In this document: piece by piece, positions 9,925 through 19,927 of the stretch
How the letters are laid out: every line of letters starts with the position of its first letter
How positions within the stretch are numbered: the stretch's first letter is position 1
DNA from: Candidatus Pyrohabitans jungbluthii
GTDB taxonomy: Archaea > Hydrothermarchaeota > Hydrothermarchaeia > Hydrothermarchaeales > BMS3B
Assembly: GCA_002010065.2 (NCBI GenBank)
Contig: MTMD02000002.1
Span: 352,001-416,000 of the forward strand
DNA length: 64,000 nt
Direction of reading: 5' to 3'
The notes under the pieces: generated by a model
Database searches by the model: none
Seen by the model: only the letters and a program-made list of their open reading frames with translations
Told to the model about the DNA's origin: nothing
Position numbers and translations under genes: made by a program

Positions 9925-10463
9925 GAAATAAAGCGCAGATAACCCTTGAGGCGATTCTAATCATAGCCTTTTTCGTTCTAGTGCTTGTAGCGGTCAGCTT
10001 CCCTATGAGCTTTAAGGTCTCTGAGGCAGGGAGAGATGTCTCGAGGGTGCTTGAGATTAGAAACAATCTGGAAAAGGTGGTCTCAGCTATTAAAGTTGTC
10101 CAAGCCCTTGGGCCAGGGGCGGTGCGCACCGTTACCATAACTTCAGATTCAAAGCGCTGGGCACTTGCAACCGGCGACCCAGTAACTGGGTCTTCAATCA
10201 GTTACTGGATAGCGTGGGAAGAAAAGAAGAGAATTCCTGCCGAGCTTGCTTATACCACCACCTTCGACGCATCTCGCCATTTCGGTGGAATGGGAAGGAA
10301 CATCTCGGGCATAAATGCAGATGCTTTTAATTATATCTATTTTGATGGCGATGGCAAAGGCTCCTTTGAGGTGAGGGTTGAAAATACCAACAGTGCAGGA
10401 GTAGAGTCTCGTATCCTCATTTCGAGGAGCGGCAGTACAATAAATATAACTCTTGCCCCGTGA
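9921..10463 (+). CDS. Class III signal peptide pilin-like protein
   Basis: KA/QITLE cleavage motif plus hydrophobic helix. Confidence 0.82.
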   Translation: MRNKAQITLEAILIIAFFVLVLVAVSFPMSFKVSEAGRDVSRVLEIRNNLEKVVSAIKVVQALGPGAVRTVTITSDSKRWALATGDPVTGSSISYWIAWEEKKRIPAELAYTTTFDASRHFGGMGRNISGINADAFNYIYFDGDGKGSFEVRVENTNSAGVESRILISRSGSTINITLAP

Positions 10464-10473
10464 GGATAGAGAG

Positions 10474-10992
10474 ATGAACAGAAGGGCGCAGATAACTGTT
10501 GAGGCGCTGATAATAATGGGCGCGATACTCCTCATTCTCCTCTCTGTTTCCGTTCCTCTTGCCATTTATTCAGGCCGCTCTGCAAGAGATGTGCAGCATG
10601 CAAGTGATGCGCGCTATGTTGTGGAGGAAATCGCAGCCGTCGCCAACAGCGTATCCAATGAGTACGAAAGGCGAACCTTAACGCTATACGTACCCGGCTA
10701 CACCTCCGCGGGTAAAGATGTGAACGGCTTGCCACTAATAGAAAAAACCACCAGGATAACCACATCCCAGGACGGAGACGCTCTCGTAGCCTATCTCACG
10801 CAGGTGAGGCGGCGTGAGGATGGTAGTGTTGTGCAGAACGACACCTACAACTTTACTGTGGAACTCTATGGAAAGGGCTGGATTATAATGGCAGCTAACG
10901 GCAGCGTCGCGGACATAGTTGAGTCCTCCGGGGCTTGGTACAGCATAAATATTACCCTTAAAAACATAACCTTCTCAAGGGAGGCGTCATGA
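10474..10992 (+). CDS. Class III signal peptide pilin-like protein
   Basis: RRA/QITVE plus hydrophobic helix; several N-x-S/T sequons. Confidence 0.82.
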   Translation: MNRRAQITVEALIIMGAILLILLSVSVPLAIYSGRSARDVQHASDARYVVEEIAAVANSVSNEYERRTLTLYVPGYTSAGKDVNGLPLIEKTTRITTSQDGDALVAYLTQVRRREDGSVVQNDTYNFTVELYGKGWIIMAANGSVADIVESSGAWYSINITLKNITFSREAS

Positions 10993-11474
10993 AAGGACAG
11001 GTTTCCATTGAGGTTGCCCTGATGGCGGGCATGGCAATACTCGTGATTGTGAGCCTTGTCAACATTAACTTTGAAAGGCTCCACATGGCGAGAGAGCTAG
11101 GCGAGGCGGGCGAGGCGAAGATGATAGGCACCATCATCGCAGAGGCGATAAACAATGCCTATGCCAACGGCGAGGGCTTCCAGGTATACCTTTCTCCAGA
11201 GCAGCTGAACTTCACAAGGCTTGGGGAGGTGGAAAAAATGGGTGGTCTCGCAATAATGCTTCCAATAACCATAAACAACTCTGCCAGAGAGGTTGTAATA
11301 AAGAAAAATACGTCAAAGACAGGAGGCAAAGCCTGGAGCATGGCGGTTTCCTTTATACCCAACAATGTCATCCGCATGGACCCGAGTAACGATTATCCTG
11401 AGGTTACAGTGCGCAACAATGGCACAAACATTATTATTTATGCGGATGATACACATATCGATACCGTGAGCTGA
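10989..11474 (+). CDS. Class III signal peptide pilin-like protein
   Basis: KG/QVSIE plus hydrophobic helix. Confidence 0.82.
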   Translation: MKGQVSIEVALMAGMAILVIVSLVNINFERLHMARELGEAGEAKMIGTIIAEAINNAYANGEGFQVYLSPEQLNFTRLGEVEKMGGLAIMLPITINNSAREVVIKKNTSKTGGKAWSMAVSFIPNNVIRMDPSNDYPEVTVRNNGTNIIIYADDTHIDTVS

Positions 11475-11479
11475 GGCGC

Positions 11480-11947
11480 ATGATGGCATTAAGGGATAGT
11501 AGGGGACAGGTCTCCCTTGAATTTATAATTCTGGTAGGGGCGATACTGGTAATGGTGGTTGCAGCCTTTCCCTACATAGCCCGTGCGAACGAGCTCAACA
11601 AGGCACTCGCCGCTGCCAGGGACGGCGCCACCTTCGCTGCGGGAATGAGGGGGCTGGGCTATAGGGGTGAGAACGTTGCGGAGATCCCACCCGGTGTTGT
11701 GAAGATAAAAAAGATTGAGATGGTAAATCAAGGAAATTATAGCAACCTTCAGTGGTACCGCTTTGAAATTCACATCTCGGCTCCGAGCTACATAACCAGC
11801 AACAGTACCTACAGGCAGAGTCTTTGCGGGACTGTTACAAATCAGGCGATGCGATATGTTTATTATGCATTTAACGGAGAATGGAAGGACTACTCGCGGG
11901 TAAACACTACATACTACTCCTTCACTGCAGGCTGTGAGTTTGAATGA
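11480..11947 (+). CDS. Class III signal peptide pilin-like protein
   Basis: RG/QVSLE plus hydrophobic helix, ELN.A.AAARDGA. Confidence 0.82.
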   Translation: MMALRDSRGQVSLEFIILVGAILVMVVAAFPYIARANELNKALAAARDGATFAAGMRGLGYRGENVAEIPPGVVKIKKIEMVNQGNYSNLQWYRFEIHISAPSYITSNSTYRQSLCGTVTNQAMRYVYYAFNGEWKDYSRVNTTYYSFTAGCEFE

Positions 11948-11958
11948 GGTAGGAAAGC

Positions 11959-12714
11959 ATGGACATTGCCGAAGAAATAGGTGAGCTCACTTTCAGAACT
12001 GCGAGCAAGGTCTACTACCATGCCCTGGGTTTTCTGATAAAGTTCATTCTCTGGCTTCGCAGGCTGCGCGCCTACCTCGGTGAGGTGGAGGTTCGCAGAG
12101 TATATCCCTTTTTTGAAAGAAGAGGTGTGGAATTCCAAGATTATGTCATACTTAAAGCGCAGCTATTCACCTTCCTCTTCTTCATAATTGCAGTGCTATT
12201 TATATTTAATTTTATTAGTTTCGGGACTGCTCTTCCCCTGCTTGTGCTTTCTGGCCTATCATCACTTTTCCAGGCCTTTGGTCAGGTGAAGAAATACTTC
12301 TCCCAGGATTATCCTCCCTACAGGGACTTTTTCCTTGCGTACTTTATAATTACCCTGCTCCTTCTCATATTCAAGGCGCTTATGCCTCGCGTATCGTGGC
12401 GCTACCCGTATATCCACTTCCTCCTGGTTTCGCTGATCGCTGTAGTCGCCTTCTCCGCCTACTTTAGGCATCGCTATGCCCGCGACTACACCTTCGGCAG
12501 GGTGGTAAAGGCAGGAAGCATCGCAAGGGTTAAGGTGAACTACGACATACGCTCTGGTATAAAGCCGGGGGTGCACCTCCTGCCAAATGACGTGAATGCA
12601 AGGGAGGGCGACATTGTAAAGCTCCGCGTGGAGAAAAGCTTTTTTAACCTGCGCGGCAATCGCGTGTCTGAGATCCTAGAGGTGCTGGGTAATGCGGGAT
12701 TACGAGGTGGTTAG
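11959..12714 (+). CDS. DUF2101 family membrane protein (Epd-type pilus associated)
   Basis: Four TM segments, then YARDYTFG.V, V.YDIRS.IKPG. Confidence 0.75.
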   Translation: MDIAEEIGELTFRTASKVYYHALGFLIKFILWLRRLRAYLGEVEVRRVYPFFERRGVEFQDYVILKAQLFTFLFFIIAVLFIFNFISFGTALPLLVLSGLSSLFQAFGQVKKYFSQDYPPYRDFFLAYFIITLLLLIFKALMPRVSWRYPYIHFLLVSLIAVVAFSAYFRHRYARDYTFGRVVKAGSIARVKVNYDIRSGIKPGVHLLPNDVNAREGDIVKLRVEKSFFNLRGNRVSEILEVLGNAGLRGG

Positions 12715-13069
12715 CCTCTCACTGGCGATATCGACTGTTGGCATACTCCTGCTTTTCTTTGCAGCCAGCATTGCTGAGCCCAGGGAGGTTAGCATAGGCG
12801 AGCTTAGCAGCGCTCACCTGGGCGCCAAAGTAAAGGTTGCTGGAGAGGTGGTGAGGGTTAGGAACCACGATGAGGGGCACGTTTTTCTGCGCGTGAGCGA
12901 CGGTAAAGGTGAGGTGGCAGTACCCCTATTTAAAAAAGTAGCTGAAGGCGTGGACAAGAGCTGCCTCAGAGAAGGCGCAAAAATTGAGCTTATTGGCAGA
13001 GTTGAAGAGTACCGCGGCGAGCTTGAGGTGATACCACGGGAGGGGGATGAGGTACGTTGCTTGACGTAG
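12692..13069 (+). CDS. Membrane-anchored OB-fold protein
   Basis: N-terminal TM helix; KV.V.GEV, FL.VSDG.G, G.VEEYRGELEV. Confidence 0.75.
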   Translation: MRDYEVVSLSLAISTVGILLLFFAASIAEPREVSIGELSSAHLGAKVKVAGEVVRVRNHDEGHVFLRVSDGKGEVAVPLFKKVAEGVDKSCLREGAKIELIGRVEEYRGELEVIPREGDEVRCLT

Positions 13070-14262
13070 TGGTGTTCACCCTGCTGGGCTGTGTTTGCGG
13101 TGTAATCACCGGCTTGGTGCCCGGGCTTCACGTGAACAACGTGGTGATAATCCTTGTTTCCCTATCTGCGCTGCTTATTGATAGCTTCGGTCTCTGGTCT
13201 CTGCTGGCTTTTATAGTTGCCCTGAGCGTGATGCACTCCTTCGTGGACTACGTGCCTGCAATTCTCGTGGGCGCACCTCAGGAAGATAACGTGCTTTCCA
13301 CGCTTCCTGGACAGCGTCTCCTCAGCCAAGGCAGGGGCTATGAGGCGATTCGCCTTACGGTGCTTGGTGGCCTGGGGGCGACGCTTTTTAGTGCCTTAAC
13401 CCTTCCCTTCCTCTACTTTGCTCTACCTCAGATTTACCCAGTGGTAAGGCAGCACATTCCGCTGCTCCTAGCTATGGTGCTCGCCTACATGGTTTACCTG
13501 GAGAAAGGGCTGAGGAAGAGGCTTTATGCAATGCTCGTGGTCTTCTATTCCGGAGCGCTGGGCTACATAATCTTAAACTACCCGGTGCTCTCACCGCAGT
13601 ACGCGCTCTTCCCGGCGCTTACCGGCTTCTTTGGGATAAGCACCATCTTAACGTCTCTCCGCCTGCGAAGCGCACCCCCGGCGCAGAGTTTGACTTACAG
13701 TGAAGGCTACTACTCCCGCGGCGTCGCCGCAGGTGCGATTGGCGGAATACTCGCCGGCCTGCTACCCGGTATAGGCTCTGCCCAGAGTGCGCTTCTGGTG
13801 CAGAGCTTTTTCAAACGTCGCGATGAGAAGGAGTTTCTCGTTGCCCATGGTGGTGTGAACACCGCAGCAGCGATTTTTGCGCTCCTTGCACTCTACTTAA
13901 TAGGCAACCCCCGCAGCGGCGCCAGCGTTGCGGCGGCTATGCTTATAGGCGAAGCGGAGCTGGCGGATTTCACATTCATGCTAGCTGTGGCAATGCTCAC
14001 CTCCTCCTTTGCCGCCTTAGCTACGCTTCTTATCGCCAGGGCAGCAATAAAGAGAATAGGAAGAATAAACTACACGACGCTTTCCCTCGCTGTGCTTGCC
14101 TTTCTAGGGCTGAGCATCCTTCTCTTTACGGGCTTCTATGGTGTGCTTGTAGCGATTACGAGCACCGCAATAGGCATGCTCGCCGCCTTCGCCGGAGTGA
14201 GAAGGTCCCACTGCATGGGGGTGCTTATTCTCCCCACTATAATTTACTTCCTTGGCATTTGA
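13057..14262 (+). CDS. TctA-like (DUF112) membrane protein
   Basis: TGLVPGLHVNN, VP.ILVGAP, GLLPGIGS, GNPRSG. Confidence 0.8.
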   Translation: MLDVVVFTLLGCVCGVITGLVPGLHVNNVVIILVSLSALLIDSFGLWSLLAFIVALSVMHSFVDYVPAILVGAPQEDNVLSTLPGQRLLSQGRGYEAIRLTVLGGLGATLFSALTLPFLYFALPQIYPVVRQHIPLLLAMVLAYMVYLEKGLRKRLYAMLVVFYSGALGYIILNYPVLSPQYALFPALTGFFGISTILTSLRLRSAPPAQSLTYSEGYYSRGVAAGAIGGILAGLLPGIGSAQSALLVQSFFKRRDEKEFLVAHGGVNTAAAIFALLALYLIGNPRSGASVAAAMLIGEAELADFTFMLAVAMLTSSFAALATLLIARAAIKRIGRINYTTLSLAVLAFLGLSILLFTGFYGVLVAITSTAIGMLAAFAGVRRSHCMGVLILPTIIYFLGI

Positions 14263-14285
14263 GCTTTGATGTTGGGATACAAATA

Positions 14286-14300
14286 GACAAATTTTTTATA
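14286..14300 (+). promoter_or_regulatory. Putative BRE/TATA promoter of gyrA
   Basis: GACAAATTTTTTATA about 30 nt upstream of the ATG at 14332. Confidence 0.45.
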
Positions 14301-14331
14301 CCCTCACAGCGAATCTTAACCGGGACTTTAG

Positions 14332-16746
14332 ATGGCAGCAGCGAAGGAGAAAATCATACCAGTGGCGATAGAGGAGGAGATGAAGCGCTCCTACATAGAT
14401 TACGCGATGAGCGTAATCGTGGGTAGAGCTCTCCCAGACGTGCGCGACGGCTTGAAGCCAGTGCACCGCCGCATCCTATATGCGATGTACGAGCTTGGCT
14501 TGTTTCACAACCGCCCGTATAAGAAGAGTGCGCGCATCGTTGGTGAGGTGCTCGGTAAGTACCACCCTCATGGTGACGCCGCTGTATACGACGCCCTTGT
14601 TAGGATGGTTCAGGACTTCTCCTTGCGCTATCCCTTAATCGACGGGCAGGGAAACTTTGGAAGCGTAGACGGCGACGCCCCGGCGGCGATGCGCTACACC
14701 GAGGCGAGGCTTGCGAAGATAGCTGAGGAGATGCTGGCGGACATTGAGAAGGATACCGTTGACTTCGTCCCCAACTTCGATGAATCTTTGCAAGAGCCCA
14801 GCGTGCTACCCGCGAAGCTTCCCAACCTGCTGGTGAACGGCTCCTCTGGCATCGCCGTGGGAATGGCGACCAATATCCCGCCGCACAACCTCTGCGAGGT
14901 GTGCGACGCCATAGCCATGCTCATAGACAACCCCGACGCCACCCTTGAAGAGCTTATGGAGGTCATCCATGGGCCGGACTTCCCCACGGGCGCGTATATC
15001 TTGGGCAAGAAAGGGATAATTCAAGCCTACTCCACCGGGAGGGGCACAATCAGGCTTAGAGGGAGGACGCACATAGAGGAGGACAAGCGCAAGAAGCGGA
15101 TTATTATCACCGAGATCCCATACATGGTGAACAAGGCGAAGCTCATAGAGAGCATCGCCGAACTTGTGAGAAATAAGAAGATAGAGGGCATCACAGACAT
15201 ACGCGACGAGAGCGACCGCGAGGGTATGCGCGTTGTTATTGAGCTAAAACAGAGCGCTTCTCCTGAGGTGATTCTCAACCAGCTCTACAAGAACACACAG
15301 CTTGAGACCACCTTCGGGATTATTAATCTTGTTCTCGTCGACGGTGAACCTCGTGTTTTAAACCTGCGCGACACCATCTTGGAGTTTATAAAGCACCGCA
15401 AGCAGGTTGTAACCAGAAGGACGCGCTTTGAGTTGAGCAAAGCTGAGAAGCGCGCCCACATCTTAGAGGGGCTGCGCATAGCTTTGGAGAACATAGATGC
15501 AGTTATAAAGCTCATTCGTGGCTCGCCAAGCGTTGAGGAAGCCAAGGCTAAGCTTATGGAGCGCTTTTCGCTGACCGATACCCAAGCCCAGGCGATTCTG
15601 GACATGCGCCTCCAGAAGCTTACCGCTCTCGAAAGGGAGAAGATTGAGGAGGAGTACCGCAAGCTTCTCAAGGAGATAGATTACCTTCGCAGCCTATTAG
15701 CCAGTGAGAAGAAGATTCTTCAGGTGATTAAGAAGGAGACGCTGGAGATTAAGCAGAAGTACGGGGATGAGCGCAGGACTGAGATTGTCGCGGAGGCAGA
15801 GGAAATAAGCATCGAAGATTTAATCGCCAAGGAGGAAATGGTGGTTACTATCACACAAGGAGGCTATATAAAGCGCCTGCCCGTGAGCACCTATCGCCAG
15901 CAGCGCCGCGGTGGCAGAGGCATAGTGGGGGTTGAAGCAAAGGAGGACCAGGTGAAGGATATCTACGTGGCCTCAACCCACGACTATATGCTGTTCTTCT
16001 CAAACACCGGCAAGGTGTACTGGCGCAAGGTCTATGAGATCCCCACCGCCGGCAGGTATTCCAGGGGCAAAGCGATGGTCAACCTCCTTGAGGAGGCGGC
16101 CAACGAGAGGATCACAGCCACGCTGGCGGTGCGCGACTTCTCCGAGGAACGCTACGTGTTCTTCGCTACAAAGCAGGGTAAAGTTAAGAAGACACCGCTG
16201 AGCGCCTTCAGCAACCCCCGCAGAGGCGGAATACTTGCGATAAGCTTAGCAGAGGGCGATGAGCTGGTTGAGGTTGAACTGACCGACGGCAGGCAGGAGA
16301 TACTCCTAGCAACGCGCTACGGCAAGGCTATACGCTTCTCTGAGCAGGACGTCAGGGCGATGGGGCGCACTGCAATGGGGGTTACCGGAATAACACTGCG
16401 CAGGAAAGACGAGGTTGTTGGAGTAGAGGTTGTTAAGCCGGGCACCACCATACTTGCGGTTACTGAAAACGGCTATGGAAAGCGCACTCCCATTGAGGAG
16501 TACCCGCTTCAGAGGCGGGGAGGCAAGGGCGTGATTAACATTATACCGAGCGTGCGCAATGGTTTGGTGGTGGGCGTGCTCAGCGTTCTGGACAGCGATG
16601 AGGTGGTGCTCACAAGTGCGAAAGGTGTGGTTATCCGTCTCAAGGCGAAAGAGATATCTGTGATGGGGAGGAATACCCAGGGCGTAAGGCTGATGAAGCT
16701 GGAGGAGGGGGATCGAGTCGTTGCGCTTGCGAAGGTGAGGGAGTAG
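14332..16746 (+). CDS. gyrA: DNA gyrase subunit A
   Basis: [27 protein letters not shown] catalytic Tyr, GyrA box QRRGGRG, C-terminal pinwheel repeats. Confidence 0.97.
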   Translation: MAAAKEKIIPVAIEEEMKRSYIDYAMSVIVGRALPDVRDGLKPVHRRILYAMYELGLFHNRPYKKSARIVGEVLGKYHPHGDAAVYDALVRMVQDFSLRYPLIDGQGNFGSVDGDAPAAMRYTEARLAKIAEEMLADIEKDTVDFVPNFDESLQEPSVLPAKLPNLLVNGSSGIAVGMATNIPPHNLCEVCDAIAMLIDNPDATLEELMEVIHGPDFPTGAYILGKKGIIQAYSTGRGTIRLRGRTHIEEDKRKKRIIITEIPYMVNKAKLIESIAELVRNKKIEGITDIRDESDREGMRVVIELKQSASPEVILNQLYKNTQLETTFGIINLVLVDGEPRVLNLRDTILEFIKHRKQVVTRRTRFELSKAEKRAHILEGLRIALENIDAVIKLIRGSPSVEEAKAKLMERFSLTDTQAQAILDMRLQKLTALEREKIEEEYRKLLKEIDYLRSLLASEKKILQVIKKETLEIKQKYGDERRTEIVAEAEEISIEDLIAKEEMVVTITQGGYIKRLPVSTYRQQRRGGRGIVGVEAKEDQVKDIYVASTHDYMLFFSNTGKVYWRKVYEIPTAGRYSRGKAMVNLLEEAANERITATLAVRDFSEERYVFFATKQGKVKKTPLSAFSNPRRGGILAISLAEGDELVEVELTDGRQEILLATRYGKAIRFSEQDVRAMGRTAMGVTGITLRRKDEVVGVEVVKPGTTILAVTENGYGKRTPIEEYPLQRRGGKGVINIIPSVRNGLVVGVLSVLDSDEVVLTSAKGVVIRLKAKEISVMGRNTQGVRLMKLEEGDRVVALAKVRE

Positions 16747-16747
16747 T

Positions 16748-16816
16748 TCCGTCACCCTATCGTGCTCCGCACGAGACGGGTAACTCCGTCACCCGCAAGC
16801 GAAGCTTCCGGGTAAC
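16748..16816. repeat. Two tandem palindromic units TCCGTCACCC-(hairpin)-CGGGTAAC
   Basis: Units 16748-16784 and 16785-16816 share outer arms; inner stems TCGTGC/GCACGA and AAGC/GCTT. Confidence 0.75.
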
Positions 16817-17002
16817 CGTTAATAATCCTAAGCGCTGCTTGTGGAGGCAGCACCCTCTTGCTCAACTTATGTTAATTTTACTTACTTTTTGCAATATCTA
16901 TATTAAAATACCAAATCAAAATGTTTATATAGTATGAAGATTATTAATAATGCTAACAAGTAATCCGAATTTGTTCGGAAGTTCAAACTCGGGGGAAGAG
17001 AT

Positions 17003-18949
17003 ATGGGACAAAAAGTGCAAATGCAGCAGGATTCGACTGACATTGCTCTCTTCGTTAAGGTCAGTGAGGGCGATGTGATAACCTGGGATAAAAGCAGGAT
17101 TGTGAAGTCACTGCTCAAGGAAACCACGATAGATGAGGCTACCGCACACCTAATCGCCGACAGGGTTGAGAGGATTATCCGCGACTCTGGTATTGAGTTC
17201 ATCACAGGTCCGCTAATCCGCGAGATCGTTAACGCTGAACTCATAAAGCTCAAGCTTGAGGAGCAGCGCAAGCAGTACACCCGCCTTGGTATGCCAATCT
17301 ACGACGTTGAACAGCTCATAACAAAGCAGAACAAGGAAAATGCCAACGTGCCTCATGGGCCAGAAGCGACCAACCTGAGCTTAGCCGAGAGTATAAAGAA
17401 GCAGTACGCTCTGCTAAAGGTGTTCTCACCCGACGTGGCACTCGCCCATGAGCGGGGCGATATTCACCTGCACGACTTAGGGTTTATAGACCGCCCTTAC
17501 TGCTCAGGTAATAGCATCGAGTACGTGAAGAAGTTCGGTCTCAACCTGCCCAACGCTCTTTCAATTTCAAAGCCAGCGAAGCATCCCGAGGTGCTGGTTC
17601 TCCACCTCATAAAGTTCTCAGCCGCCCTGCAGGGCGTGTTCGCGGGTGCAATAGGCTGGGATGCGGTGAACCTCTTCATGGCACCCTACTTCGTGGGGAA
17701 GTCGGACGAGGAGCTGGAGCAGGTCGCGCAGATGCTGGTCTTTGAGTTCGCCCAGCAGGCGGTTGCCAGAGGGGGACAGAGCATATTCAGCGATCTCAAC
17801 CTCTACTGGGAGGTGCCAAAGCACTTCGCCGACGTCGAAGCTATTGGCCCTGAGGGCAAGTACACGGGCAACACCTATGAGGATTACCTGCCCGAGGCGC
17901 AGCGCTTCGCGAGGGCTTTGATAAAGGTGTACATGCAGGGCGACGGCATGGGCAGGCCCTTCTTCTTCCCAAAGCCCCAGCTCCACATAACTGAACGCCT
18001 CTTCCGCACCGAGGGCTACGAGGAGTTTCTGTACGAGATAGCCCAGCTCTCCTCTGAGCGGGGCAACAGCTATTACGTGTTCGACCGCGGCGAAACCGCG
18101 AAGATTAGTGAGTGCTGCCGCCTTGCGTTCAAGCTGGATGAGAATGACCTGCGCGATGCCAAGACGCCCTGGAAGATGCGCTATTCTGCAATGCAGAATG
18201 TGACAATAAACCTGCCTCGCATTGCCTACGAGGCGAATGGCAACGACGACCTGCTGTTTGAGATTCTCTCGCAGAGAATGAAGCTCGCAGCCGAGGCGCA
18301 CGTTGCCAAGCGTGGCTTCATAACCAGGCTTCTTAACCTAGGGCTTCGCGGACCCCTCGGTTTGCTTGCCATGGATAAAGACGGCGAGCCCTACTACCGC
18401 CTGCACCGCGCCACCTTCCTCATGGGAATGCTGGGCTTGAATGAGCTGGTGCAGTACCACCTGGGCGAGGAGATGCACGAGAGCAATTATGCCCTTCGCT
18501 TTGGCTTGAAGGTCATAGCCCACATGAACAAGGAAAGTGAGCGCCTGAGCGAGGAGTACGATATGCGCTTCGTGCTGGAGCAGACTCCAGCGGAGAGCAC
18601 CGCTTACCGCATGGCAAAGCTCGACTTGGAGCACTATCCCAGCGAGACGCGAGAGGTGGTGAAGGGTAGCATAGAGCGCGGCGAGGTCTACTATACCAAC
18701 TCCACCTACCTGAACATCTCCGCACCAATATCGCCAATAGAGCGGGTTAAGAAGGAAGGGATGTTCCATCCCATGATTCACGCTGGCAGCCTCACCCACA
18801 TCTGGCTGGGCGAGGCGAAGCCTGACCCTGAAGCAATAGCCAAGTTCGTAGTGCGCACCTTCAAGCACACCACCAACGATCAGATAGCCTTCTCCCCCGA
18901 GTTCTCCTCATGTTTAGACTGTGGGCGGGTAGATCGCGGGCTGTGGTAG
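17003..18949 (+). CDS. nrdD: Anaerobic (class III) ribonucleotide reductase, ATP cone plus catalytic barrel; lacks glycyl-radical tail
   Basis: GDIHLHDL, YCSG, SECCRL, EQTPAES, YYTNS; ends after the first Zn pair CLDC. Confidence 0.92.
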   Translation: MGQKVQMQQDSTDIALFVKVSEGDVITWDKSRIVKSLLKETTIDEATAHLIADRVERIIRDSGIEFITGPLIREIVNAELIKLKLEEQRKQYTRLGMPIYDVEQLITKQNKENANVPHGPEATNLSLAESIKKQYALLKVFSPDVALAHERGDIHLHDLGFIDRPYCSGNSIEYVKKFGLNLPNALSISKPAKHPEVLVLHLIKFSAALQGVFAGAIGWDAVNLFMAPYFVGKSDEELEQVAQMLVFEFAQQAVARGGQSIFSDLNLYWEVPKHFADVEAIGPEGKYTGNTYEDYLPEAQRFARALIKVYMQGDGMGRPFFFPKPQLHITERLFRTEGYEEFLYEIAQLSSERGNSYYVFDRGETAKISECCRLAFKLDENDLRDAKTPWKMRYSAMQNVTINLPRIAYEANGNDDLLFEILSQRMKLAAEAHVAKRGFITRLLNLGLRGPLGLLAMDKDGEPYYRLHRATFLMGMLGLNELVQYHLGEEMHESNYALRFGLKVIAHMNKESERLSEEYDMRFVLEQTPAESTAYRMAKLDLEHYPSETREVVKGSIERGEVYYTNSTYLNISAPISPIERVKKEGMFHPMIHAGSLTHIWLGEAKPDPEAIAKFVVRTFKHTTNDQIAFSPEFSSCLDCGRVDRGLW

Positions 18950-18966
18950 AACAGGAGGTGAAAGAA

Positions 18967-19437
18967 ATGGAAGAAGACATAATAAGCAACACGTGCCCCC
19001 ACTGTGGAAGCCACAACGTGGAGTACATAACCCGCGTAACTGGCTTCTTCTCTAAGGTGGGGAGCTGGAATAAGGGCAAGATAGCCGAACTCCGTGACAG
19101 GAGGCAGGCTATAGAGTGGAACAAGCGAAGCTTTCTGGGCAACGCTGGAAGCGTGCCTACCACGGCGACGCAGCGCAGGATAAAGCTCTTCTGGAAGCAG
19201 AACTGCCCGCGCTGCCCTGCTGCCAAGGAGCTTGCTGCAAAGCTGGAGGCGAAGGGTATTAAGGTGGAGTACTACGACGTGGAGAGCGTCGAGGGTATGG
19301 CAGAGGCAGGAATGCACTCTGTATTAGCGACGCCGAGCATCGTCGTGGTTGACGGCGAGGATGAAGAGATCGCCGCGTGGCGTGGCTCCGTGCCCAGCGA
19401 GCAGGAGCTTGCCGCGGCGGTGATGGGTGCAAACTAA
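18967..19437 (+). CDS. NrdD C-terminal glycyl-radical module fused to thioredoxin/glutaredoxin-like domain
   Basis: SD GGAGGTGA then ATG 18967; CPHCGS, ITRVTGF, WNKGK.AE..DR; then CPRC and TP motif. Confidence 0.88.
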   Translation: MEEDIISNTCPHCGSHNVEYITRVTGFFSKVGSWNKGKIAELRDRRQAIEWNKRSFLGNAGSVPTTATQRRIKLFWKQNCPRCPAAKELAAKLEAKGIKVEYYDVESVEGMAEAGMHSVLATPSIVVVDGEDEEIAAWRGSVPSEQELAAAVMGAN

Positions 19438-19457
19438 CCCACCCCTTTTTATTTTTG
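19438..19457 (+). terminator. Putative oligo-T terminator
   Basis: CCCACCCCTTTTTATTTTT right after the stop codon. Confidence 0.35.
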
Positions 19458-19470
19458 GAGGCGATAAAAA

Positions 19471-19908
19471 GTGGGATATGGAGCAATAAAAGTTGAGGAC
19501 ATAGAAATAATTAAAAAAATACTCCTACGCGAGGGGTTTTATGAGCCTATATTACAAACATGGAAAGATGGTCAAGTATTTGGCTTAGTTAAACCTTTAA
19601 ATGAACTGTTTGAAGTACATATACGAGCTTATGAAGATAACACCCTTGATGCAGAAGTGGAGTTATCTAGAGAATATTTAGAACATATTTTTAATGAAAG
19701 TAGGCCATATTATGGATTTTTAATTGAAATACTAAGAGATTATAAGGTACCATACAGAGTTATAAAATCGATCCCTCCAGATCCAAAGCTCATCTCAGTA
19801 CCAGAGATATTAATCAAATGGAAGCCACTAATGGCACTAGCTGTGATATTCGTTGGAATTGCTTTAATTGGAACATCAAATAAGCAAAATAATGGCATAT
19901 CTGTTTAA
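19471..19908 (+). CDS. Hypothetical protein with C-terminal TM helix (AT-rich)
   Basis: SD GGAGG plus GTG; composition differs from flanking nrd genes. Confidence 0.6.
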   Translation: MGYGAIKVEDIEIIKKILLREGFYEPILQTWKDGQVFGLVKPLNELFEVHIRAYEDNTLDAEVELSREYLEHIFNESRPYYGFLIEILRDYKVPYRVIKSIPPDPKLISVPEILIKWKPLMALAVIFVGIALIGTSNKQNNGISV

Positions 19909-19927
19909 ATTAAAAAGAGGCATAAAA

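Noticed and set aside
16748-16816. Mini-CRISPR or SECIS element
   Set aside because: Only two units with self-complementary cores rather than spacers, no cas genes, and no in-frame UGA in neighbouring genes.
18910-18966. Programmed frameshift or intron joining the two nrdD parts
   Set aside because: No clear slippery heptamer or bulge-helix-bulge seen; a strong SD and ATG explain the second ORF more simply.
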